Assembly (NCBI RefSeq): GCF_964188315.1
Contig: NC_135656.1
Coordinates: 16,120,001 to 16,184,000 of the forward strand
Reading direction: 5' to 3'
DNA length: 64,000 bases
Origin: Podarcis muralis
Taxonomy: Eukaryota
This document shows, piece after piece, positions 33,221-47,034 of the stretch. The notes beneath the pieces are model-generated. The model was not told the DNA's origin, ran no database searches, and saw only the letters and a list, made by a program, of their open reading frames with translations. A program made the translations under genes and the position numbers. The stretch's first letter is position 1. The number at the start of each line of letters is the position of its first letter.

Positions 33221-36200
33221 TTAGAAAATGAGGCGGAAAGTTACCCATCCAGCAGTTGAAAAGATCAGGACAAACTGAATGCTCACAGTGGTGGTTTTGT
33301 TGTTAGATACATGTGAATCAATCCAACTTCTGTAATTTGCTGCACGGATATAGATTCCCGGTAATTGTGGTCGGCCACAACCAACACCACTGCTGGTGAT
33401 TCCTACCAGATAATACTTGTCATCTAGGAAAGAACACATCAGAGGACCACCACTGTCTCCCTGGAGGATAAAAAAAATAAAGAAGATAACTTGAGTGCTG
33501 CTGAAGGTATTCTGGAGATGTAGCGTGCATAGAAATTATGATAGTAGGGGCTGTATCTAATGCTGGAGCTTTACGGGTGCAATAGGCTTCCATGCACACA
33601 GTGGAACTTCCTCTCCCTTCCCTGTGCACCCTCAGAAACAGTTCTGGAGGGTTGAAAAACCAAACCACTTTTGGGCATTGCAGGGGAGGAGAGGAAGTGG
33701 AAGTCCTGTTTGTGAGTGGAACTCTACTCACACAGCACTGGATAGAATTCAGTAAGTCTGAGCTATGCCTTCCATGTTATTGTAAGCCTCCCAGAGAGCT
33801 TTGGCATTGTTGAGCGACAGATTAAATGCTATTAATAAGTAACTATAAACAATAGTTATCAAAAGAAAAATACAGATTGCTAGAGAAGATGGATGTGGGA
33901 AAGCTGGACTTTGTGGAACAGCACTAAACATAACTATGTCACTTACAAAAAATTGGTAATGCCTATTCTGGGAATTCCAGCTATAAGCTCAGTAAGCCTG
34001 ATGAGAAATTTAGTCTACGCATTGAAGCGCATGGCGCGCCATCCAGTCTTTGCTCTCGTAACTAGGCATTATGTACACAGGTGTTGAGAAGAACATTCCT
34101 CACCCTCTATTTTGAATGCAAATAATGTGGTCCAAGTGTTTGAATGGAAGAAAATAAACACACTCTGACTATTCTATAAAGTTCCTCCGCTTTTATCCCT
34201 TACCCCACCTCTTAGCAGTCTTTACTGAGGTAAACAAGTTATTAAAAATCATGGTGAAGGCTTTTCTACTTCAGCTGGAAGTATGCCCAGATTTGCACAT
34301 TCCTTGAAATCTGTATTAGAAATCTAGTTCCACTAGGGCTGCCATATGAAAAATCGTGATTCTTTTTGTGTTTTTGTCACACACAAAAAGCTCAACAAAA
34401 CAACTTTGGGGTTTGTCTTTTAAAAAGCGCAACAATTTCTGGGTTTTCCTTTTAAAAAGCTCATTTTGGGGTGGGTCTTCCTAAAAAAGCCTCAACAACT
34501 TTAAGGGTGTCCTCGCTTTTATTTTTTGAAATATGGCAACCCTAGTTCCACCCTTTCTCCAATTCTCCTTTTGTCTTTTCAAGTGTATACTTGCAAGGGG
34601 GAACTTTTTATTATTTTTGTTCAGTGTGTAAGGGATACTTATGCACTATTGTAAATAATAAATGTTTTAGCACATAAATATGAACAAATTTTTATGTTTC
34701 TGGAACTGACTGACTATGGTGTTACACTGACATATAATTGTGTTACTACCAGGTAGTAAAGTTTGACTTAGCAACCACATGGCTGGAGGTTTCGCCAATA
34801 TGTTTTTCAAATGGAATTTTACCTGGCAGCTATCGACACTCCCGTTTTCAGTACCAGCACAAAGCATATTCACTGATACTCCCCCAGCATACCAATCAAA
34901 TTTGTTACAGATTTGCTGTGGAATAATGTTGACTCGAGCTTCTTGTAATATACGTACAGCTTTGCCTATAATGAAAACACAAGACAAAAATGGAAGTATG
35001 CTAATTTGTTGTTTAATAATCTGCAATGTACAGGACAACAGGGATATTAGTAGCTCTTGGGTCAGTACATCTTTCTTAAGCCTGCTGCACCAGACCCCCA
35101 TTCTCCATGCATAATCTACATTAGTTGCTAAACTAAGGTTCAAGAGTTATGGCGTGTACTTTTAAGAAACTAATGCAGAACTCAATTCTCTTTCATTTTT
35201 CCGGTAGTGCAATTGTTTAATGAGTGTGGCTATGTGTAAATATAGTACATTGAATTTAGATCCCACCACTGAGAGTAGTAGTGTCTACTGTGCAATAAAA
35301 TGTCATTATGGCTTGGCAAACAGATGTAAATTTAGTAGATTCAGTGCCACATTATTTGCTTTGTAAACTGAACTGCTATACATATTATAAAGATTTTATT
35401 ACGGCTATCACTATACTATGCATGGTAGTTCAAACAGTTTACAAATTAGCCAGGTTTACAAATTAGCCAGGTTAGTCTGGTGCACAATATGAGAATTATG
35501 ATGTTTGCACAGGTTTGGTCAGAGCAAAAGCCAGAGTAATTGAGTATCTGAATAACTGGCATTTTTTTTTTTTTGTAGAATAGACCAGCATCTACTCCTC
35601 CTTCCCACAAAAATGACTCATTATATATTGAGACATGAGTTCTATCATGTATTGTGCCTTTATCCTCAGATTCCACTTAGAAATACTAGAAGAAACAAGT
35701 TACAGTTAGGTAGCCATGTTGGTCTGCCGTAGTCGAAACAAAATAAAAAAAATCCTTCCAGTAGCACCTTAGAGACCAACTAAGTTTGTTATCGGTATGA
35801 GCTTTCGTCTGCATCTTAAGAAGTGTGCATGCACACGAAAGCTCATACCAATAACAAACTTAGTTTCTAAGGTGCTACTGGAAGGAATTTTTTTGTTTTG
35901 TTTAGAAGAAGCAACACAGCCTGATGGAGGAATTTCCTACAGATGTGCAAGACCAAACCTGTACATACCCATCTCAGGAGCTTTGACCAGGCATCTTGAA
36001 TCTACTACCCAAAATACACAAAGCAGGAAACCATAGGGAACTGTTTCAGGCATTAGTACCTGCACAGTTGGGGGTGCCTGGATATATAGACTCAATGCCA
36101 CCAGCAGAGTAATCCTTAATCCTACACGCATTTGACTTGTGCAATTTCAAGCATATGCAGTTGAAGGTGGGCTGGTTGAAGTTGTGCAGGTTAAGTACCA

Positions 36201-39200
36201 AGCAAGGCAGAGAGCTTAGTCGTTTTGTGCTGGGTCTGCTTGGGGTTACCCAGCATAAAAATAGCTTTAAAGCTCTCTGCCTTGCTTGTTGGTTAAGGCC
36301 CGTTCAGCATGCTGGCTGTGAGATGCTCTCATGAGATCTTGCAGGGCAAAATAAACACCACTATCCTTTCAGAGCCAGTGCATTGAGCAGAATTTACCAC
36401 CCACTACCCCTGCCCCAGCAAGGCAGAGCGCTTAAAAGCTATTTTTTGCTGCAGGTCCATTTGGGTTACATGGTACAAAAAGGTTTTAAGCTCTTCACCT
36501 TGCAAGGTTAAGTCCCACTCAGCATGATGGCTTGGTTTGTTGGAGTGGCTCCAATGGTTTGAATATACCTGTTAAGATGTGGCACTACTATACAAATTAC
36601 ATATGGGATACTACTAACTCAGATGAAACTACTGTCCATTGACAATGTCCCCAAAACCACCATGCCAGCTACTATGGATGCTGCAACTCTTTACACCAAC
36701 AGCTCCCACAAAGATGGACTGCAAGCCATCAGAAGCACCCCCCATGGGGCTACAGAACATCTAGCCACCAAGCCCTGCTACTATGCACTTTCTCACAAAT
36801 ACTTCAGCTTTGGAGAGAACATTCATTGTCAGATCATCTGATCGCAAAGCTCCATAAGACGCAAACATCTCCATAGCTGACTTACAACATTCCTTCCTCA
36901 GGTCCTGTCCCTCAAAGTCTCTCTTCTACCTGAGGACACACCAGAGTGTGTAAGTGGTAGCTAGAAGCACTTAAGTATGTGCAGCAGTTAGTGAGTTTCC
37001 AATTGAAGGTGATGCTTATATTTCTATTATACAGTTGCACAGTAGTGTCCAGACAGTTAACCTATTGTATGCAGTGGTCCAGGTTAATGTTGGAGTGAAA
37101 GTTACTGAAGTCCTGGTGGAACTGCTCAAGAGTCTCCTGCCCAAGAATCCAAATGATAATGTACATCAGTGTATCTCAGACATTCACTTAATGTTGCAAA
37201 TGGGCCACTGGCAATAAACAGCCTCGGCCCTGTACACCCGAAGGAGCATCTCCACTTCCATTATTCAGCCCAGACACTGAGATCTATCTCCGAGGGCCTT
37301 CTAGAGCTTCTGTCACTGAGAAGTTACAGGGAACCAGGCAGAGGGCCTTCTTAGTAGGGACATCCACCCTGTGGAACGCCCTCCCATCAGATGTCAAAGA
37401 GATTAACAACTACAAAACTTTCCAAAGACATCTGAAAGCAGCCCTGTATCAGGAGGTTTTTAATGTTTTGCTTTGTTTTTATTATGTCAGAAGCTGCCCA
37501 GGGCAACCCAGTCAGATGGGTGAGGTATGTATGTACAAACAAACAATTAAAATTTATTATTATTTCCCTGGAAATGGCAAATCTGGATTAAATGAGGAAA
37601 ATACAAGCTGCCATTGGGATAATGACATCATGAGGAATCTACAAAATACTTGCAGACATGAAGAACACTGATCCTGCAATAACAGCAATCTGGAAGGTAA
37701 AGGAAAAGCTTTTGGGGAAATCCGAAAGTGTTCTAAATCAGCCAGGAAAAGGTTGCCATACTGTGGAGCTATGTATGTGCTCATGGCAGTGCCACTGATC
37801 TGAAGATCCATGTTCTCCCCATGTGTGAAATAAGTTCAACTGCTTCAATGGGACTTACTTTCCAGCTAAGTATGCAGCTGGAGATAACTTAATTCTCACT
37901 AGTAACAAAAGTTTAAAGGAAAAATAAAAGATTTACCATGTTCATATGTGCTTCCCCATCCACTTATGTAACACGAGGTCTCATGAGACAGGAGAGGAGG
38001 AGTGTCAGGTAAGCAGATGGGCTGAATATAGTCATTGTACTTGACAGGCTTGGCAAGTTGAAACAAGGCAACATCATTTTCAAAGGTGCCCCATTCAAAG
38101 TCAGAATGGATTGTGATAGTGCTGACCTTCTGTATTACAGTACGAGAGTGGGGTTTATACAGATGATGCAAGCCAATCACTGCCCTCCAAGATTCTGGAC
38201 TCCTAGGACAGAATAAAATCCCTTCTAGAGTAAATAATTAGTGCAGAAGTTCCCATTTCAGACTTTAAAATTTGAGAGCAACAGCAAAACAGGGTCAACA
38301 CACATGCAATCATTCCCCTTCAGGAACTCTACTCAAACCATGAACTTCGAATCTTGTCATGGCTCACTCTTCATAAAAGCTAGCCTAGGAGTTTTGCTAT
38401 CTCTGTGATTTAAATAGTATATTAGTTTTATGGAACTTTATTCGGAAATTCTATTCAGAATCAAAAATAAAGTTAAGTGGGGGGAAAACAAGAAAATAGG
38501 AGGTAATGGAAAGATTGTCCATCGATGCAAAAGAACTGCACAGATAATTTTGCATTTGACACTAGAACTTTTGAGTAGAAACTATTCCAGAGCACTTTTG
38601 AATGGGAAGAGCTGCATAAGCAGTTTATGCATCAGTTTATACACCTGTTGCTCAAAGTAAACAATCCCTTTGGACATGTCATAGCGAATCATGGAAGCCA
38701 TACAGAAAGAAAAGATAAGTGTCATTTGTAATCTACAATGGTACGAGTTTCATGATACGAGGCTGTTTTAAAACCTGAACCTATGGTGAAAATCCTTTTG
38801 CTGATAAATCCTACTGGAACTTCTAGGTCAGCGCTTTTCAAACTTTTCAAGTTGCTGGCACACTTTTTGGACAAGCATCATTTCACGACACAGTAATTCA
38901 GTTTTACTAGCACACTGGAGGTTAAACTAACCCGTTCCAGCCCCTACTTAAGCCCAGTCAAAGGCAACTATGGGGTTGTGGAGCTCATCTTGCTTCAGGC
39001 CGAGAGAACTAGCGTTTGTCCAGACTGCTTTCTGAGTCATTTGGCCAGCATGACTAAACTGCTACTGGCACACAGATGACCATAATGAGTGCCAGAGCAC
39101 ATAAACGCTTTTTACCTTCCAGACGCAGCAGTACCTATTTATCTACTTGCACTGGCATGCTTTTGAACTGCTAGGTTGGCAGAAGGCGGGACAGAGTAAC

Positions 39201-42200
39201 AGGTGCTCACTGTGCCGTGTGGATTTGAACTGCCAACTTTCCAATCAGGAAGCCCAAGAGGCTCAGTGGTTTAGACCACAGCGCCACCGGCTCCACTATC
39301 TGTAGAAATGAGCCAGTCAATGAAAGCTTATGCCGGTAACACTTGTGAAGTCTTTAAGGTGCCTCAATGCTTCCTGTTTCTCCTGCAAGAGGCTTACATG
39401 GCTGCTCTCCTGCAAAGCCTACTGATGATACATCCAAAAAAAGTTCATTGGGGTGTGTGTGTGACCTATTCATATAACTGGTTGACGTGCAAAGTGCACC
39501 ACTGATGGGCTCTGATCTGCATGTACTTTTCATTTTGCTGGTTCTCCGGCCCCTGCAATTCCGTTGCTCTTGGTCACCAAAGTATGTTGGTGATACAGAT
39601 ATTGTTTTTGTGTTGCATACCACTTAGGTTTTTAGAATATTAAGCAATTTCGAAATGCTTTTAAATAAAGAGAAAGTGCCCTTCGTAGCATCCCCATTCT
39701 CAGCTGTTACACGTTACCTTAGCATGCATGGCTGAGGGTTAAAATGGCACATTTATGTTGAAAAATTCCAATAACTATCTACTTGCGCTGGTGTGCTTTC
39801 AAACTGCTAGGTTGGCTGGGACAGAGCGATGGGACCTCACCCCGTCATGCAGATTCGAACCACTGCGGATTCGAACCACCGCCCTTCCGATCGGCAAGCC
39901 CAAGAGGCTCAGTGGTTTAGACTACTGTGCCACCCGCTTCCCTGCAACACACCTACACACTGCAGCCAGCACACTAATTTGTCGCAGCACAGAGTTTGGA
40001 AAGCTCTCTTCTAGGTACTGAATCCTAAATGAGCCTAGCTGTGATCGAAAAGCAATTAAGTATCCAACTATGAGGTTAACAGTGGCTTATTAAGATGGGC
40101 TAGATTCTGATCTGGAGGCCAATGTGGGGTGGGGGAGGTAGGCCAAAGGAGGGCAATTTGTTTAGGTGGCGGCAGCTGCTTCATGTGGTGTAGAGCTGCT
40201 ACAATCAGTAGCCAAATAAGCCATATTTCCCAATACTGCAGTTGAAACACCACTACAAGATCATAACAGAATGTCATTCCTGTCAGGGCATTTTGGAGCG
40301 TCACGGTGACCCACAAAACAACCAAAGACAGCAGCTATGCTCTGCTTGAAGTAGTAGGAGAAAATTGTTTTTAGTAAGGCACCACTCCCCCAAAACTGTT
40401 CAACTTTCTCCCAGAAATGAAAATGCCTTCCTGCTTTGAATGTTATTTAAAGGACTGACACTGGCTTCTGATGTCACAGAAGCATACAGACTGCACCTAG
40501 ACAGCCTTTCTGTGATTCTGCTGTGTCGCAGTTCTGTGAAAATGGCACATATCGAAAATTTAGCCTATACCCTCACAGTATGATACTATTCCTATATGGG
40601 CTGACACAGCAATTCATTATTTTTTCTCTAGAACTTGGGCAATTGAGGGCCCATCTGTGTGGAAGAGAATTGGTGCCACTCAAAAAAAAAAAAGCGGATT
40701 ATTTCTGCATATTCGGGGACTTCCTAGATCTGCAGTATTTAAGTTAAATGAAAAAAATATATTTACAAACACAAAGACAAAGAAGCAAAAGCCTGACATG
40801 AATCTGAATTTTTGGGCCTAACAGAATCTTAACATCATAGCTGAGAAGGAAAAGAAAAAAGAAAACCTGAGGTGGGGAAAAGAAGGAATTGGCATGCTCA
40901 AGACCAAATGGGTTTGGGCAAGCTTCAAGTGACGCTAAATGATTTCTGCCTTCACTGTGCATTCAAATACCAATGATGGAAATGTGTAGGTATGTCGTGA
41001 TAATTATAGGATCAGAGTGCTATAGATAGTGTGAGTTTAGAAATCTGATCTATCGTTGAGGCTAATTCAGCTGTCGAATGGTGAAGATGTCAATTCAGAG
41101 GGCAAGATGGCCTGCTTAAGCCCCTAACATTTAATAGTATACTGTAAGTGATCATTAGAGTTGGCAGATAGGCACCATGAGCTACAAACAAACAAACAAA
41201 CAAACAAACAAACAAACACTCCTTTCCTGTGCTGCTCTCCCCACCCAGTTTTCTTACCCTTCACCATAAAGTCCCAGAGTGGGTAACAACATAATCATAT
41301 AATTAAAAACATGTAAATGTGTAAAAATAACTATAGTAAAGTGGCATTCCAGTCCATCTTGCAGATGATTCTCCTGGAGTGTGGATATATCATTTTTGGG
41401 GACTCAGAGTTTGAGGTACACCTCTCCACTTCTTTTGTACCTATTTTGAGTATTATTAGCATAATTATATTACTTTAATAAGACTGCATTATTATACAAT
41501 ACTATATGAGCTATTAAGGAAACAACCAAAACTTAAGTACATAACTGTTATGTAGATGTTATGGTTCATGAAATAAGTGCTTCAGGAGGATGGCTGGTGG
41601 CTATTTTGGAAAGAAGGTTTCCATGGACATATGCCAGCCTGCAGGTTCTATCTACCCAACTTTTTTTTTTTTTTTTGACAAGCTATGTATTCTATAGCAA
41701 CCACATGGAAATTGTCATCAGTAAAGACTGCCCTACAGAAGTATTGCACGGATTGGATTAAATTAAGTGTTCAGATTTATGTCTGGCAACCAGCCCTGAA
41801 CTTGAAAACCACAGTATTATATGGCATAATGGGGAAAGGTTTCAGAATGGTAGGAAAAACTGAAATCTTCCCCTCTTCCTTTTCTCCCTCCTCTTTCCCC
41901 TGAGCCATGGCCAACGCTATAGGGCTCCTGCTCTGGTATGGTTCAATTAGGCTAGTTGAAGACACATGAACCAAAACACCCCTGTTAAGGGTTGGCAATA
42001 AACAGTACTAAAAAATTTTTCCAGATCCCCCCTTGTGGGTAGAGACCAATACATGTCCCTCAAGCACAAAACTGACAGAAAAAGATTCAGAACAAAAAAT
42101 AATAATACATACATATTTACTTTAATGCAGTGTGCTGCTGTCAGCACTGAGTTGCTATTAATTAAAGATCCACCACATATATGGTAAAAAGATTCTCGAG

Positions 42201-43994
42201 GAGCAGGTTGAGCTTGTAGACTAACTTGCCATGGCCAAGCCCCAAGCTGAGCATCATGTCCACCTATAATCCGAGATCCTTCTGCTGTCTCATCCACAAG
42301 AGGCCTTCTTCCGCATTCTAAAAATAAAAAAGTTGTACTGGTATTTCAGTGTAAAACACAGCAGGCATTCAGCAACAATACAATATAGCCATTGTTTCAA
42401 CCGTCCAATCTGACACAGCAGTTCTGTTATCAGATTGCTTTCTGTTGGAGATTATGCAAGTATGAAGGCTTCTGTGAACCATTAAATAATCTTATTGTCA
42501 GATGCCGGCCTAAAAGAACACACCAACTTGTTTGATTGAGGTTAACAGAGTGCATGCCTCCAGGATGGTGGCCAAACATATAACAGAAGCCAAAACATAA
42601 GAGGTCAATGTGACTGGGACCAGAGTAGCATACAAATTTCATTCACATTCACCCACCCAGTAATTTAAATGCATCCCCTTCTCTCCTTCCTCTTCCCTCC
42701 CCGGATGCATTCAAGCTTAGAGAAAAAGTTAGAGTCACACAAATGGAGTGTGTGTGTGTGTGTGTGTGTGTGTGTACACACACATACAATTTTGTTAAAA
42801 TTATATCCTGCTCTTCCTTACAAAGGAGTTTTATTTCCTAAGCTGAATTGCTGCTCAGACTCCTGGCAATGTTTTTTTTTGGGGGGGGGGCAGAGGTGAT
42901 TAACCTTTCCCTCCCAACTGCTCCTCACAGCAATTTAGCTTCAGGAAAAGGTTCCAGTTGTTGTGTATGGGACCTTTTTCTCTAAATGGGGTGGGGGTGG
43001 CAGCACATGGGAAAGAGAGGATTGTTAAGTTTTCCCACCTCAGCTGCCACTGTTCCCTGAAAATTTCACCCAGAAGGCAATTCAAGTTAAGGGAAAGGCT
43101 CCATTTGCACAAATGTTTCTTCCTCTTCCTTTTTACTACAAAAGGCACACGTTTATGAACAGAAACAAAGGAGTACAAAACATTACAATTTTTAAGAGAT
43201 ATTATGGAAGGTATTGTTATAGAAAAATTTGGGGTTGGCTTTTGCAGCCCAACTCTCCATCAAGGGATTCAGTGTCCCTTAAGACAGTTATCGGTCACAG
43301 AAGAATGGATGGAGGCAGGAACCAGTCAAAGCAAGGCAGATCTTTATTTTCCTGTTGCACCACCAGAGTCCTCCCTCCCTTGCAAGGAGGTGAGAAGGGC
43401 CCACAACACCAGTGTATAACAGCTTTTGAAGACTTAGAAATTACCCAACCCCTTATTCAAAGACCACCCGTTTGACAGGAGCAGAAGGGAGGGAAAAGGG
43501 TAGAGTCTACGCTGCCTTCTTTGCCTAACATTAGATCCACGTGCTTCGACCTCCAGGAAAAACAGCAGCCAGGCAGAGCGGCAAACCGAGGGCCGCTTAA
43601 CTTGAGAAGAGATCCCAGTAATCGGGAGAGTAGAAGGAAAAGCCGTCCGGGAAGAAACAGCTGAGGATTCCACCACGCCAGGAGGCATCCCTCCACGTGC
43701 TCGACTCTCCTTGGCATGCCCCTTACGCACTCTGCGTCCGTCGCACTGGAGGCTGCCGGGAGTCGTAGTTCGCATAGTTCGGAGGGGTACTCCGCGCGCA
43801 GGCGCACTTCCGCCCAAGGCCCTGAGGGAACCTGCCCTGCCCAAGCGCCCGCTGCCGCACCCACGGGAACCAGGGGGGACGCCGGGCTCACCGTGTGCGG
43901 GGACCTTGGAGGGCAGAGCTCCGGGCAGGGGTCCGTACAGCAGCGCGAGGAGCGCCAGCGAGGGCCCGGCTGCGGGGCGAAGGCTCCGCCGCAT
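33221..43994 (-). CDS. TMPRSS12: TMPRSS12-like serine protease, copy D (complete, 318 aa)
   Basis: Exons E1 43892-43994, E2 42113-42317, E3 37937-38202, E4 34823-34965, E5 33221-33460; total 957 bp, in frame, GT-AG. EGSR|IIGG, TAAHC, NDVAL, VDSCQ-GDSGGP; hydrophobic tail. Confidence 0.92.
35736..35903. mobile_element. Penelope-like element terminal inverted repeat (fold-back)
   Basis: Arms CCTTCCAGTAGCACCTTAGA...GGTATGAGCTTTCGT and ACGAAAGCTCATACC...TCTAAGGTGCTACTGGAAGG are reverse complements, about 70 bp each. Confidence 0.65.
36623..36945 (+). mobile_element. Penelope-like reverse transcriptase fragment
   Basis: Remnant [22 protein letters not shown] resembles PLE RT (LYTNIPH.DGLQA); degenerate. 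Confidence 0.65.
37690..37811 (-). mobile_element. Penelope-like reverse transcriptase fragment
   Basis: [25 protein letters not shown] resembles PLE RT motif GTAMG..MAP.YANIFM..LE. Confidence 0.65.
38948..39290 (+). mobile_element. Sauria-type SINE (a second, 5'-truncated copy lies at about 39775-39942)
   Basis: Family body and tail; approximate ends. Confidence 0.7.
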
Positions 43995-44420
43995 CGTCCG
44001 TCGAGGGAGAAAAAATGGCGGCCAACTTTCCCCCACTCTCGCCGTCTTTCCCTCTCCTCGGCCGGAGTGACGTTGGGAGCGTCACGTGACGGGGGCCGCG
44101 AGGAAGCTCCGCGCGGCGGCCTCCCGCTCTTGCATTTGCCTGGAAAGGGCGCGCGGGACGGAAACGAGGTCCGCGCGAAACTCTGGCGGGACGAAACCTC
44201 CCTCCGTAATGGGGCAAACATAACAGCGAGGCCGATCGAGCCGCGGTTGCGAGGGATTTCTGCGCGATTTAAAGCCCATTCCAAGAACGCTGAGGGAATA
44301 CATCCGCAGCCTTCGAAGAAATCTTTTTTGGAAGTAAAATTAAAAGTTAAGATTTGACTCAGATCCTTATTTTTGTTTCGTTTTCGATAAAGAATTGCAT
44401 TGCATCCGCACCGCCCACAC
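43600..44420. promoter_or_regulatory. CpG-island promoter / exon 1 of copy D
   Basis: CpG-dense; AAAATGGCGGC at 44012-44022; palindrome CGTCACGTGACG at 44080-44091. Confidence 0.7.
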
Positions 44421-44465
44421 ACCTCCTTGCTTTACCGGTTGGTTTGATCTGCAGCAGTTGCAGTA

Positions 44466-44517
<52 letters not shown>

Positions 44518-45055
44518 TGAATTTATATACTGCCCTATACCCAGTTGGTTTGATTTGCTGCAATTGCATTATTATTATTATTATTATTATTATTAATTGA
44601 ATTTATATACCACCCTATACCCGGAGGTTCACAGAAAAGATATAAAAACCACAATATATAAAAAATCAAAATGAAAACAACCCAATACCCCCCCCCCAAA
44701 GGATCCACATTTTAAAAGGGCATAGGATGTCAATCAGATCAACCAAAAGTCTGGTTAAAAAAAAGAATTGCAAATTAAATTTCCAATAAACAGCAAGTGA
44801 GCAGTAAGCAGGTGTGTATACAGACGCCTTCGTTTCGTGCATGGAAGCATAGAGTTGGAAGGGGATCCCGAGGGGCATCTAGTCCAACCGCCTGCGATGC
44901 AGGAATCTTCTGCCCAACATGGCTGGCTAAGCTTAACTGCTATAAAGCAATGAAGAGGGTGGTAATACAAGGGCTACTGCAATCAACACAATATCACCAA
45001 GGTAACTATCTGTAAACAATCAACGTCCATAAAAATGGCAAAAGTTTCTCAAATT

Positions 45056-45519
45056 GTTGTTGTTGTTTAGTCGTTTAGTCGTGTCCGACTCTTCGTGACC
45101 CCATGGACCAGAGCACACCAGGCACCTCTGTCCTCCACTACCTCCCGCAGTTTGGTCAAACTCATGCTGGTAACCTCGAAAACACTATCCAACCATCTCG
45201 TCCTCTGTCGCCCCCTTCTCCTTGTGCCCTCCATCTTTCCCAGCATCAGTGTCTTCTCCAGGGAGTCTTCTCATGAGGTGGCCAAAGTGGTGGCCAAAGT
45301 ACTGGAGCCTCAGCTTCACGATCTGTCCTTCCAGTGAGCACTCAGGGCTGATTTCCTTAAGAATGGATGCATTTGATCTTCTCCAACACCATAATTCAAA
45401 AGCATCAATTCTTCGGCGATCAGCCTTCTTTATGGTCCAGCTCTCACTTCCATACATCACTACTGGGAAAACCATGGCTTTAACTATACGGACCTTTGTT
45501 GGCAAGGTGACGTCTCTAC
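45056..45519 (-). mobile_element. Bov-B (RTE) LINE, 5'-truncated
   Basis: RT C-terminal peptide TLPTKVRIVKAMVFPVVMYGSESWTIKKADRRRIDAFELWCWRR plus Bov-B tail; 10-bp TSD TTCTCAAATT (45046-45055 / 45520-45529). Confidence 0.9.
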
Positions 45520-47034
45520 TTCTCAAATTAGTTTTATCTTAAACAATAGCAAACACAGTAAATAAAGAGTTCACTTGTAATATGACAGTGGTTCAGTGCT
45601 CATGTCTTCTCATGTTTAATTCCTACGCTTAGGAGTTCATTGACCCTTTGATGAACTTATGAAGTTGGCATCAACCCCACTGCATATACTTAGGTAGGTA
45701 TATGAAATATAGTCAAGAAATACCAGAATATCATGAACATTTATTAATCATCCACCATTACCAGGAATTGTAAAAATAAATCTGGCATACTGTTGGATTG
45801 TGAAATCTTGTTAAATATAAGGTTCCACATTGGCAAGGAAGATACATGCCCATACTGTTTATTTCTGAGGCTCATGATGATCATTCTTTTGCACTATTCG
45901 TCATTAAGATTTCCTACTGCTAGACCATTTTCAACCCCTGGCTCTTTATTCACCCCCTAAACTGTAGGGGGTCAATATCAACCACTTCCAGAACCCAGGT
46001 ATAAATGCATATTTAACATGTAGAATATGGTAGTCCTAAAGGCATGTTAAAATAGGTTTGGGATAGAGTTTTATGTATAAAATATGTATTGCTATGTCAT
46101 AAAAAATATATCAAAGTGGGTTGCAGCAATAAAACAACCATAAAGCAAAAATGATAAAGTTAAATACTGACATCAATTAACTACTGCTGAAGTAGGCAAC
46201 TTTTGAACTGGTTCCTGTACCAACCCCTTTACCAGCAGTTTCATCAACAAAAAATTGTAATAGCTACATTACAAACACATCTTCACTTCTTAATATAGGT
46301 AACCATATATAGGGTCAGACTTTTTGTCCAACTCTGCCCGTGCTCACTACGCTGCCAGAGGTCTTGGACAATATTTTTTCCATGTCACCTGCAATTGGGT
46401 CCTAACAGGAAGCCCAAGGATTGCACCTTGTACTCTGTCACTGAGCGAGGGTCCCTTCCCCACCAGTTCATCTGCCATGGCTCTGCCCCTCACAGTCCTG
46501 GAATTGTTTGAAGCAAGTGGTGAGAATTCCCCAATCTCTACACCCCACTCAGATAATATTTAGGTGCCTGTCAGTAAAAGCTTCACCAGCTGATTTCTGC
46601 AGATCAAGTCAGCACAAGCTGGCCAGGCTGATTTCTTTTTCTGGCCAGTTAGCAATGTTATGTGTTTACACATATTTTTTAGGAGAAAAAAGCATGCAGA
46701 GAACTTTAAAATGGTGTCTTAGTAGTGCTTTAATTTGCAGTTAATTGATTTAAACAAGCTGTCGTTGACTATATTCTAAGATTTCCCCAGTCTGCTCTGC
46801 ACTTTAGAAAGTAGAACTGAATTCCTTTCAGAGAAAGAAACTTCCTTTGAAATGTGTATATAAAAGGAGAAGCCTTAGCATGTTTACTCAGAAATAAAAA
46901 TAAAAGTTCAGTGGGGCTTTCTCCCAAGTAACTGAGCATACTACTGTATTGCAGTCTGACACAGGAGCTGAACTCAGTGGAACATATTTTTCAGTAAACA
47001 TTCATCTGATTGGATTGCACTGGTGAATTGAGAA

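Noticed and set aside
44435-44620. Short tandem duplication around (TTA)n upstream of D
   Set aside because: Consistent with slippage or duplication at a retroelement tail; nothing suggests function.
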